A DNA stretch of 64,000 nucleotides from an uncultured Collinsella sp. (lineage in GTDB: Bacteria > Actinomycetota > Coriobacteriia > Coriobacteriales > Coriobacteriaceae), in contig CABUNB010000002.1 in assembly GCA_902492755.1 (NCBI GenBank), positions 13,774-77,773 of the forward strand. Reading direction: 5' to 3'. Both the position numbers and the translations under genes were made by a program. The notes under the pieces are model-generated. The model saw nothing but the letters and a program-made list of their open reading frames with translations, had not been told where the DNA came from and ran no database searches. Of this stretch, positions 27,480 through 43,003 are shown one piece after another. Numbering within the stretch: the stretch's first letter is position 1; every line of letters starts with the position of its first letter.

Positions 27480-27620
27480 CGGATTCCCGGGCCGGGCGGC
27501 ACAGGGGTTAAGTTTGCTGCTCTACAGTCCTGGCTCGCACGGAGGCCACATTAAGTGGCCTCCGGCTCGTGCGGAACTCGCGACAAACTTAACCCCTGTG
27601 CCGCCCGGCCCGGGAATCCG
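27480..27620. repeat. Long quasi-palindrome B: perfect 37-bp arms around the conserved core (family A/B/C)
   Basis: Arms 27480-27516/27584-27620 are perfectly complementary. Core 27517-27583 reads CTGCTCTACAGTCCTG..GGAGGCCAC-ATTAA-GTGGCCTCC..CGTGCGGAACTCGCGA. Confidence 0.9.
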
Positions 27621-27642
27621 ACGTGCTCGTCGGGGCAACGTT

Positions 27643-27680
27643 ACCTGCCAAAAAGGAACAGGTTTATTTTGGTCGGTTTT
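27643..27680 (+). repeat. Left 38-bp inverted repeat (IR-L) bounding the sigma/anti-sigma cassette; GGAACAGG-loop hairpin type
   Basis: ACCTGCCAAAAAGGAACAGGTTTATTTTGGTCGGTTTT matches the reverse complement of 29463-29500 at 36/38 positions. Confidence 0.85.
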
Positions 27681-27784
27681 ATCTGCGGAAACGTCGAGCT
27701 CCAGCGGTGATCTGCTCTCATCTGTCGCATGGAAATCGGCGGCGTCTTCGGAAGTATATCGCTCGGTCTAACCGTCCATTTAAT

Positions 27785-27820
27785 GCAAAATGGGCCGCCT
27801 CCCCTAGTAGGAAGCGGCCC
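27785..27820 (-). terminator. Terminator after the anti-sigma-like gene
   Basis: Stem GGGCCGC.TCC/GGA.GCGGCCC, followed on the minus strand by ATTTTGC. Confidence 0.6.
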
Positions 27821-27826
27821 CAAATC

Positions 27827-28903
27827 TTACGAATAGACGATGGTAAAGGGTTCCGACGTTTCGGCGCCCCCTGTTGAAGTGCAGCGTGTGCCTTCGAGCG
27901 TTACTGAAACCACTTGGTCGACATCAATCAACTTCGTTGGCACCCAAATGTTCTCTCCGCTATTGCGTCCCATCGAAACATAGAAATTGTACGCCCCTGC
28001 GTCGTCATCTTCGATAATCTGCTCTGACCCATCCTTGTAGGTGACGGTCAGTTTATGATCAACTGCTTCATAGCCCAGATCATCGATGTGCGTCTGGATG
28101 GAAAACGGACTGATCTCGAGAGGCGAGTCATCGGAGCGGAGTTCTTTTGTATCGACGTGCGCTCCGACGTTAAACTCTGGCGTCGATACCTCGATCACCT
28201 TCGCATCCTCACCTTTGCCCTCCGTCCAACTGATATTCCAGGTGACCGCATGTCGTAAATCTCGATCGCGATTCCAAGATGCAAAGTACATCGTGCCGTT
28301 AATGACCGTGTCGCTTGATGTGTCTTTATCAATGGTGCAGCGTGTATCAGCCCATTCCTCGCCGAAGTTCATGCTGGGTGTACTGACGCCCCCTTCTTCT
28401 TCACCATAGAGAACAAGTTCGCCAAGCTCTGCCGCCGGCTTGTAGTAGTTAACGCCATTCGGATTGGACAATGTAAACGTCACAGCACCGCAACCGTTCT
28501 CGTCGATTGCCATCTCATGAATGTCGAGCGTATAGCCGTTGCCCTCGACGGACAGATTGACCTTCTGGACTGCACCCTCCAGGCTTTGGGGCGCGATACC
28601 ATCACCAAACTCTCTGGTGTAGGTATATTTCGTCCCCGACGAGCCGCCATTTGTCCAGGTAACGGACTCTCCGTTGCCATGGTTTCCCCAGGCAGAGGCA
28701 AAATAACTGGAATTGACAACAGCGTAGGCGACCCCTCCGGTCGCCAGCACTCCGGCAAGACATCCGATTACGGCAACATACAGAGGCTTCGCGTGACCCT
28801 TTCGGCGAAGCGGCTCGCCAGCAGCGGCATAAAGAACACGGTCAGCAAGATCGCTATCGGCTTGGACGGACTCGAAGGCCTGCTTGATCTGGTTGGATTT
28901 CAC
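27827..28903 (-). CDS. Putative anti-sigma factor: short cytoplasmic N-terminus, one TM helix, large extracytoplasmic domain (DUF4179-like)
   Basis: 358 aa with GTG start 5 nt after GGAGGG. The TM segment is PLYVAVIGCLAGVLATGGVAYAV. It overlaps the sigma gene by 50 nt and is lower in GC than its neighbours. Confidence 0.65.
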   Translation of the reverse strand: MKSNQIKQAFESVQADSDLADRVLYAAAGEPLRRKGHAKPLYVAVIGCLAGVLATGGVAYAVVNSSYFASAWGNHGNGESVTWTNGGSSGTKYTYTREFGDGIAPQSLEGAVQKVNLSVEGNGYTLDIHEMAIDENGCGAVTFTLSNPNGVNYYKPAAELGELVLYGEEEGGVSTPSMNFGEEWADTRCTIDKDTSSDTVINGTMYFASWNRDRDLRHAVTWNISWTEGKGEDAKVIEVSTPEFNVGAHVDTKELRSDDSPLEISPFSIQTHIDDLGYEAVDHKLTVTYKDGSEQIIEDDDAGAYNFYVSMGRNSGENIWVPTKLIDVDQVVSVTLEGTRCTSTGGAETSEPFTIVYS

Positions 28904-29378
28904 GGTCGCCCTCCTCTAGGATGAACTTGAGCTTCGATCTGCCGCGAGCTAAACGCGTTCGAACGGTCGCGGCTGGCACATGCAGTAACTCGGCAATTTC
29001 TGAAGTCGAGAAGCCCAGATAGTAATAGAGCACGATAGGAATACGGAATCGCTCCGGAAGTCGCATAACGTCTGACAGGACCGCCTTGGTCTCCTCCTGC
29101 GCCGTCGAAAGCGAATCGGCCAGATTCTCAATATCCTCCACGCGCCTCCACGGCTTTCGAAAGAGAGATTTACATTCATTGATCGTGACCCGGATAAGCC
29201 ATCGACGAAGATGCTCCCAGTTTTCAAATTGCGCGTCGCTTTTGAGCAACTTAAGAAAGACGTCTTGAGCGACATCGTCGGCGTCAGCGCGATCACGCAG
29301 ATACGTCAATGCGATCCGAAACACGACATCCCGGTGGTCTTCGACCGCCTGTCTAAAAGCTTGTTCTTCCATAATCAC
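28854..29378 (-). CDS. ECF-type (group 4) sigma-70 family RNA polymerase sigma factor
   Basis: 174 aa. Region 2 (DADDVAQDVFLKL...WLIRVTINECKS) and region 4 HTH (EIAELLHVPAATVRTRLARGRSKL) are recognisable. Confidence 0.85.
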   Translation of the reverse strand: MIMEEQAFRQAVEDHRDVVFRIALTYLRDRADADDVAQDVFLKLLKSDAQFENWEHLRRWLIRVTINECKSLFRKPWRRVEDIENLADSLSTAQEETKAVLSDVMRLPERFRIPIVLYYYLGFSTSEIAELLHVPAATVRTRLARGRSKLKFILEEGDREIQPDQAGLRVRPSR

Positions 29379-29421
29379 CTCCCGGTGACATTAATGGTTC
29401 TCGATGAGGCCCTCACCATAG

Positions 29422-29449
29422 ATACGCTCTTGTCGGGCGAAATGTTTCA
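29422..29449 (-). promoter_or_regulatory. ECF-type promoter upstream of the sigma gene (TGAAAC-N17-CGTAT)
   Basis: On the minus strand, TGAAAC lies at 29444-29449 and CGTAT at 29422-29426. This fits the GAAC/CGT-type autoregulated ECF promoter pattern. Confidence 0.5.
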
Positions 29450-29462
29450 AATTCAAGCATGA

Positions 29463-29500
29463 AAAACCGACCAAAATAAACCTGTCCCTTATTGGCAGGT
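29463..29500 (-). repeat. Right 38-bp inverted repeat (IR-R) bounding the sigma/anti-sigma cassette
   Basis: Its reverse complement, ACCTGCCAATAAGGGACAGGTTTATTTTGGTCGGTTTT, matches IR-L at 36/38. It lies between the rpoC terminator and the ECF promoter. Confidence 0.85.
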
Positions 29501-29509
29501 TTTCTTCAA

Positions 29510-29547
29510 CGAAAAAGACCCGCTCCCCTGTTGGGAAGCGGGTCTTT
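29510..29547 (-). terminator. Rho-independent terminator of rpoBC
   Basis: Stem AGACCCGCT.CC/GG.AGCGGGTCT, followed on the minus strand by TTTTTC. Confidence 0.8.
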
Positions 29548-29573
29548 GGAAGGGCGGTTAACGTACTAGGAAA

Positions 29574-37547
<7,974 letters not shown>

Positions 37548-37780
37548 CAGGTTTTTCCTCCTTCACGGAAATGCTCGGTGGGTTGGCGAGGCATAGCTTC
37601 GCCAGTTATCGCAACCTAATAGTTTATCAGGTACCGACCGTTGGGCAAGAAAAGCCTTGACGCGATTGAGTTTTTGGAGTAGCAAAGTTTTTCGATAGAA
37701 AACACGCAGGTAGATGTATGCGTATCGAACATCTGTTCATATATTTTCTGTGAACAGAGAGCCGGCAATCGCAGCTCTTA

Positions 37781-37814
37781 TAAAAAACGGGCGCGAACCG
37801 AGGTCCGCGCCCGT
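37781..37814 (-). terminator. Terminator after galU
   Basis: 9-bp stem ACGGGCGCG/CGCGCCCGT, followed on the minus strand by TTTTTTA. Confidence 0.75.
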
Positions 37815-37834
37815 AAATGTCGATGCCCGAAGGC

Positions 37835-38743
37835 TTATTTGCGCATCAAACCGCCGCGCTCGTCGATGGCGTCCCAGAAGGCGCTTGCAAAGCGAGGGTC
37901 GCTTGCAGCCATGAGGGCGTTGGTGGCCATCCAGCCAGAGGGAGTGCCGGTGTCGTAGCCCGACAGCGGGTCGATGACGACCGCATACATGGCCTCGCGA
38001 TCGAGCGAACGGGCCATTGCGTCGGTGAGCTGGATCTCGCCGCCCTTACCAGCCTGCTGATCGGCCAGCAGGTCCATGACCAGCGGGCTCAGCAGATAGC
38101 GGCCGACGATGTACAGGTTGGACGGAGCAGCCTCGGGAGCGGGCTTCTCGACCAGACCGCCGATACGCCAGACAGCGCCCGGCTCTGCATCGGCAACGTC
38201 CTCGGCGCCCTCGAGCGAACCGACGCGCTCGCCGGCGATAACGCCGTAGCGGCTGACTTCCTCGGGCGAGCAAGCAGCGACGGCGATAACCGAAGCGCCA
38301 CCGTGCTCCTTGGAAACGGCGAGCATCTTGTCGCAGATGTCGCGGTTAGGCACAACGTAGTCGCCCAGAAGAACCAGGAAGTTCTCCCCTGCCACGGCGT
38401 CGGCAGCAGAGCGGATAGCATGGCCGAGGCCCTTGGGCTCGTACTGATAACGGAAGTCGACCGGCATACCGCCAGCGTGGGCGACGGCATCGGCATAGGC
38501 GTTCTTGCCGCGCTCGCGCAGCAGGTTCTCGAGCGAGCGATCGGGCTGGAAGTAGTTCAGCAGCTCGGGCTTGCCGGGAGAAGTAACGATGATGGCATCG
38601 TCGACCTCCTCGGGGTCGAGCGCCTCCTCAACGACATACTGAATGACGGGCTTGTCGAGCACCGGCAGCATCTCTTTGGGCGTGCACTTAGTGCCAGGCA
38701 GAAAACGCGTGCCAAGACCGGCGGCGGGGATGATTGCCTTCAT
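37835..38743 (-). CDS. galU: UTP-glucose-1-phosphate uridylyltransferase
   Basis: ORF 37835..38827 trimmed to the ATG at 38743 (MKAIIPAAGLGTRFLPGTKCTPKEMLPV). Confidence 0.9.
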   Translation of the reverse strand: MKAIIPAAGLGTRFLPGTKCTPKEMLPVLDKPVIQYVVEEALDPEEVDDAIIVTSPGKPELLNYFQPDRSLENLLRERGKNAYADAVAHAGGMPVDFRYQYEPKGLGHAIRSAADAVAGENFLVLLGDYVVPNRDICDKMLAVSKEHGGASVIAVAACSPEEVSRYGVIAGERVGSLEGAEDVADAEPGAVWRIGGLVEKPAPEAAPSNLYIVGRYLLSPLVMDLLADQQAGKGGEIQLTDAMARSLDREAMYAVVIDPLSGYDTGTPSGWMATNALMAASDPRFASAFWDAIDERGGLMRK

Positions 38744-38989
38744 GTTATTCAAAGATCCTTTCGCAGGCGCAAAAGCGCCCCATGCGTGCGGCACACAGCC
38801 GCAGACCAAATTGCGATACCTAAGCATCTTACCGCTGGAACTATATGTCGCTACAAGGCAGAGACAATTCTTCAGCAGGTCAACGCAAATTATTGCTCGA
38901 ATGGTGCAATTTTATTGCCCAACGGCAGGGTGCCCGATACGACGCAAATCACAGAACATGGCAGTTTGAGCTACCGATGTCGAGGGACC

Positions 38990-39030
38990 GAAAAACAAAA
39001 AAGACGGGGCTCGCAATGCGAACCCCGTCT
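38990..39030 (-). terminator. Terminator after rplL
   Basis: Stem AGACGGGG.TCGC/GCGA.CCCCGTCT, followed on the minus strand by TTTTTTGTTTTT. Confidence 0.8.
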
Positions 39031-39057
39031 GCAAAGAAATCTGGCGAGAAAGCCTGA

Positions 39058-39435
39058 TTACTTGAGGGTGACAGCAGCGCCAGCAGCCTCGAGCTTCTCC
39101 TTGGCAGCCTCGGCGTCCTCCTTCTTGGCACCCTCGAGAACAGCCTTGGGAGCGCCCTCGACGACCTCCTTGGCCTCCTTCAGGCCAAGGTTGGTGAGCT
39201 CACGGACGGCCTTGATGACCTGGATCTTGTTGTCGCCGAAGCCCTCGAGCACGACGTCAAACTCGGTCTTCTCCTCGGCCTCAGCAGCGCCAGCAGCGGG
39301 AGCGGCGACAACAGCGGCAGGAGCAGCGGCGGAAACGCCGAAGGTGTCCTCGATAGCCTTGACGAGCTCGGAAGCCTCGAGAAGGGTCATTTCCTTAAGA
39401 GCATCGATGATCTCATCGGTGGTAAGCTTAGCCAT
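39058..39435 (-). CDS. rplL: 50S ribosomal protein L7/L12 (bL12)
   Basis: ORF trimmed to the ATG at 39435 ([34 protein letters not shown]), giving 125 aa. Confidence 0.96.
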   Translation of the reverse strand: MAKLTTDEIIDALKEMTLLEASELVKAIEDTFGVSAAAPAAVVAAPAAGAAEAEEKTEFDVVLEGFGDNKIQVIKAVRELTNLGLKEAKEVVEGAPKAVLEGAKKEDAEAAKEKLEAAGAAVTLK

Positions 39436-39537
39436 TTCTAAGTCCTTTCGGTTTCCGTGTCTGTGCACGGAGATCAGTTAAAACACAGCGCGAATGCGCC
39501 AGGGGTGCGGCGTTGCCGCCGCGGGTGAAAACAGCAA

Positions 39538-40059
39538 CTAGGCTGCCTTCTGCTCGGAGACCTGCTGGATCGAACGAGCGAGACCAGAGGAAACGCCGTT
39601 GACGCAGACAGCGATGTCGCGAGCGAAACCGGAGATGAGACCGGCGATCTGGCCGAGAAGCTGATCCTTGGTGGGCAGCTCGGCGATAGCCTTAACATCA
39701 TCAGCGGAAACGGCCTTGCCGTCGGAGATACCGCCCTTGATCTCAAGGACGCCCTTGGACTTAGCGGAGAAGTCCTTAAGGGCCTTAGCGGCCTCGACCG
39801 GCTCGGACTCGTAGAACACATAAGCGACGGGGCCGGCGAGAATCTCGTCGAGCTCGGGCTGCTCCTGGTTCTTGAGGGCGATCTTGACCAGGTTGTTCTT
39901 GTAGACCTTCATCTCGGCGCCGCACTCGCGAAGCTGATGACGCAGCTCCTGAGCCTGCTTAACCGTCAGACCGTTGTAGTTGACGACGAACAGACCGGCG
40001 TTCTCGGCGATACGGGACTCGATCTCTGCAACCTTGTCGATTTTGTACTGCTGGGGCAT
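39538..40059 (-). CDS. rplJ: 50S ribosomal protein L10 (uL10)
   Basis: 173 aa. It sits upstream of rplL, and the sequence (VVNYNGLTVKQAQELRHQLR) fits L10. Confidence 0.95.
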   Translation of the reverse strand: MPQQYKIDKVAEIESRIAENAGLFVVNYNGLTVKQAQELRHQLRECGAEMKVYKNNLVKIALKNQEQPELDEILAGPVAYVFYESEPVEAAKALKDFSAKSKGVLEIKGGISDGKAVSADDVKAIAELPTKDQLLGQIAGLISGFARDIAVCVNGVSSGLARSIQQVSEQKAA

Positions 40060-40122
40060 GAATTACACCTCCTCGAATTCTTTCCGGGCACGGTCCGCCA
40101 CAAGGACGTGACGGGGGCATGT

Positions 40123-40161
40123 CCAAAAAGAAAGCCCCCGCGCTGCATGAGCGACGGGGGC
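40123..40161 (-). promoter_or_regulatory. Terminator-like attenuator hairpin inside the rplJ 5' leader (L10-leader-type candidate)
   Basis: The minus strand reads GCCCCCG.CGC-loop-GCG.GGGGGC followed by TTTCTTTTTGG. This is about 65-100 nt upstream of the rplJ start. Confidence 0.5.
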
Positions 40162-40275
40162 GAGAAGACATATCTACTCGACCACCTCGGCTGGCGGGAT
40201 ATCCCATTAAGCTCGCGGGTAAGACCCGTTTGCGCCGGCTGTCTCTGGCAGCGGATTCGTGCGTGAACCGAAAGT

Positions 40276-40304
40276 ATTATGGCGGGGACCCCGGCGTCGG
40301 TCAA
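40276..40304 (-). promoter_or_regulatory. Predicted promoter of rplJL (TTGACC-N17-CATAAT)
   Basis: On the minus strand, TTGACC lies at 40299-40304 and CATAAT at 40276-40281. The -35 lies inside the outermost left arm of element C. Confidence 0.55.
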
Positions 40305-40493
40305 CGGGCGCGAGGATTCGTACACAAACCCTGCATACGCTCCGACCGGGAGGGGCAGGGCGAGTTTTCCGCTCGAAGGCCACATTAAGTGGCCTTCGGC
40401 TCGTGCGGAATCTACGGAAAACTCGCCCTGCCCCTCCCGGCCGGAGCTACGTTGCCTTTGCTGCGAATCCTCGTGTCCGTTGAGCGACGCGCC
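40291..40493. repeat. Long quasi-palindrome C: perfect 26-bp inner arms plus outer paired segments around a shortened version of the A/B core
   Basis: Inner arms 40346-40371/40415-40440 are perfect. Outer pairs are 40311-40320/40464-40473 and 40293-40310/40474-40491. The core reads GCTCGAAGGCCAC-ATTAA-GTGGCCTTCGGCTCGTGCGGAA. Confidence 0.85.
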
Positions 40494-40542
40494 CCACTCA
40501 TAATGCTTGGGTCGGTGGGCTGATGTGTTGCATCCCTGAGGG

Positions 40543-41679
40543 CTACAAGGTTGAAATGAAGGTGGACAGGCGGCGGAGACCTTCGTCCAGGTCTTTGTCG
40601 GAAACGCAGTAGCTGAGGCGGATGTGGCCTTCGGTTCCGAAGCAGTCTCCCGGGACTAGGGCTACGTTTGCCTCTTTGATGGCTTTGATGCAGAAGTCTT
40701 CGCTGGTTAGGCCGAACTTTTTGATGCTTGGGAAAGTGTAGAAGGCTCCTGCGGGCTCTACTACGTCGAGGCCCATGGCGTCTAAGGCTGCGAGTACGCG
40801 TTCGCGGCGGGCTTGGTAGGCTTTGAGCATGGGGGCTGGGTCGACGGTCAGGGCTCGGGCCGCGGCGCCCATCTCGAAGGAGACGGCACTCGATACTAGG
40901 TATTGGTGAGCTTTTGCGATCTCGGCGATGACGGGCCCTGCCGCTGCGAGCCAGCCCAGGCGCCAGCCGGTCATAGCCCAGGGCTTGGAGAAGCTCTCGA
41001 TGACGACCGTCTGCTCACGCAGCTCCGGGTGACGCTGGGCAAAGCGCTCGTAGCCATCCACATAAACCAGGCGGTTGTATACGTCGTCGCAGACCACGTA
41101 GATGCCCGCCTGCTCCGCCACGCGCGCCACGGCGTCGAGCGATGCCGCGTTGAGGATGCAACCCGTAGGATTGTTGGGCGAGCAGATGACGATGGCCTTG
41201 GTCGCCGGCGTCACGCAAGCACGAAGTGCGTCCTCGTCAACCTGGAATTGCGCAGGCTCCGTATCCAAAAAGACCGCCTTGGCGTGATTGGCCACGACGA
41301 TGCTCTCGTACAGGCCAAAGGCCGGCGTGGGGATAATGACCTCATCGCCGGGGTTGAGCATAGCCATGAATGTTGCTGACAGGGCCTCGGTCGCGCCGTC
41401 GGTCAGGATGACCTCGTCGGCCGAAAACGTAAGGCCCGCGCCCCCCATGTAGGCAGACAACGCCTCACGCAGGGCGGGACGACCGTTGTTGGGCGGATAG
41501 TGCGTGTCACCGCGGTCCAGTGCGGCGGTCACCTCGGCGCTAATCACATCGGGCGTGGGAAAATCGGGCTCGCCGAGCGCGAGTGCGATGCACCCCGGAT
41601 GCTGGGCGGCGAGCGCGTTGATCCGGCGGATACCGGAGGGCTTGAGCATGGCAAGCGAGGTATTCATGGGCAGACGCAT
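40543..41679 (-). CDS. Pyridoxal-phosphate-dependent aminotransferase, class I/II
   Basis: 378 aa. The pattern SFSKPWAMTGWRLGW places the PLP lysine in the SxSK context. Confidence 0.85.
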   Translation of the reverse strand: MRLPMNTSLAMLKPSGIRRINALAAQHPGCIALALGEPDFPTPDVISAEVTAALDRGDTHYPPNNGRPALREALSAYMGGAGLTFSADEVILTDGATEALSATFMAMLNPGDEVIIPTPAFGLYESIVVANHAKAVFLDTEPAQFQVDEDALRACVTPATKAIVICSPNNPTGCILNAASLDAVARVAEQAGIYVVCDDVYNRLVYVDGYERFAQRHPELREQTVVIESFSKPWAMTGWRLGWLAAAGPVIAEIAKAHQYLVSSAVSFEMGAAARALTVDPAPMLKAYQARRERVLAALDAMGLDVVEPAGAFYTFPSIKKFGLTSEDFCIKAIKEANVALVPGDCFGTEGHIRLSYCVSDKDLDEGLRRLSTFISTL

Positions 41680-41772
41680 GGCGTTCCTTTCGTAAGGGTT
41701 GCACTAGGATAGCGCGGCGGGGCGCCACCAGACGGTGTAACCTAAACGGAAACGAGCCGGAAAGGAGATGGC

Positions 41773-42435
41773 ATGGAGACGACCGCGCGCGGCGACGTAC
41801 CAAAAACACTGCACACCGTTGCGTATATCAGTATTCCCAATAGCGCCGATCTTGATTTTTTGCTCTGGGACCTGCAGGATGCCATCGCCGCCTATGCTCA
41901 ACTTTCCGGCACCGCACTCCCCCGCCCGGTCGACTTGAAGGCAAATGACGCCGGCAGCGTTGCCGATGGCATCGTGCTAGCCATTGAAGATGTGGCTGAC
42001 GATGAGACGTTGACAGCCATCGAGCAGGCGCTTGAGCGCTTTGGCGGTACGGGAACGCGCGTCTATGTCGCGATTCGAGCCGCACAAGAGGGCACTGAGC
42101 AGGCGCGTGGGACCGCCGTTCGCCTGCACAAGGCATGTGAGCGCCATGGCCAATTGTGGTGTGGCGGCGTTGCCATCTGCGCCGGCAGCGGCATTGCGGC
42201 GCTTCGTCGCTCTCCGCGCATGGGCCTCTTGCGCCGACCATTTTCGGAAGCGATGGATAAGCTTGTGGGCGCTGTGCGCATGGGCTGCTCCGTCGAGCAT
42301 GCACAGCGACTTGGCGGCGGCAATGCCGCCAACGTCGACGCCGACGGCATGGTTTGCGCCGAGCCAGCCGTGCCCGCGCCGATCTGGCGAGGCGTTCTGA
42401 AACGTCTGGGCGCCCACGCTCAAACAAAAATCTAA
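41773..42435 (+). CDS. Hypothetical protein
   Basis: 220-aa ORF with GGAG 7 nt upstream of the ATG. No family was recognised. Its composition is more protein-like than the Arg-rich antisense ORFs. Confidence 0.45.
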   Translation: METTARGDVPKTLHTVAYISIPNSADLDFLLWDLQDAIAAYAQLSGTALPRPVDLKANDAGSVADGIVLAIEDVADDETLTAIEQALERFGGTGTRVYVAIRAAQEGTEQARGTAVRLHKACERHGQLWCGGVAICAGSGIAALRRSPRMGLLRRPFSEAMDKLVGAVRMGCSVEHAQRLGGGNAANVDADGMVCAEPAVPAPIWRGVLKRLGAHAQTKI

Positions 42436-42436
42436 A

Positions 42437-43000
42437 TTAAATTACAGCCCAGTCAACGGCCTCGCGCCAGCGCTCGACAAGGCGTTCCAGGCGCCATGCC
42501 GCATTGGCGGGACTTGTCGAGGGCAGGACGATGGCCGGCAGCCCGGTGCGCTCTTGTAGATAGCGCTTGTAGAGCCGCCCTGCCGTGCCGCCGTTACAGA
42601 CAACGACCTCAATCGGCGCGGCATCGGTAATGCGCTCGATATGTGCCGGCACAACGTTGCGAATGCTCGCGTCGCTCGAGCCCTTAATGTCACAACTCTC
42701 GATCACATCCCACAGGGCTACGCCGCCGTTAAGCAGCATGGCCCGCTTGGCGGCAATGGAGGCATCGAGCGTCGCGGGCTCACCGCTTGCCAAAGGATCG
42801 CCCTCGTTGGGCGGCACAGGCATACCGAGGCACGTGGCCATCACACGCCAAAAGCGATTCTGAGGGTTGCCGTAATAATAGGCATTGGCGCGCGAAAGCA
42901 CCGAGGGAAACGACCCGAGCACCAAAACGCGCGAGTGCTGGTCGAACACAGGCTCAAACCCATGCTCAATATGTTGATAGCCCTCGTCCGGCGCTGTCAT
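42437..43000 (-). CDS. DNA-deoxyinosine (hypoxanthine) glycosylase, UDG superfamily
   Basis: 187 aa. The pattern VLVLGSFPSVLSRANAYYYGNPQNRFW matches what I recall for this family. Confidence 0.7.
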   Translation of the reverse strand: MTAPDEGYQHIEHGFEPVFDQHSRVLVLGSFPSVLSRANAYYYGNPQNRFWRVMATCLGMPVPPNEGDPLASGEPATLDASIAAKRAMLLNGGVALWDVIESCDIKGSSDASIRNVVPAHIERITDAAPIEVVVCNGGTAGRLYKRYLQERTGLPAIVLPSTSPANAAWRLERLVERWREAVDWAVI

Positions 43001-43003
43001 GAT

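Noticed and set aside
27643-29500. The sigma cassette as an autonomous transposon or prophage remnant
   Set aside because: There is no transposase, integrase or recombinase ORF inside or adjacent, and no obvious target-site duplication. Only a non-autonomous cassette, a REP-bounded unit or an inverton remain as hypotheses.
37727-37755. CTGTTCA-N11-TGAACAG inverted repeat in the AT-rich region upstream of rpoB, as a possible operator or promoter element
   Set aside because: I could not place a convincing -35/-10 pair around it, and it occurs once. It is left unannotated pending TSS data.
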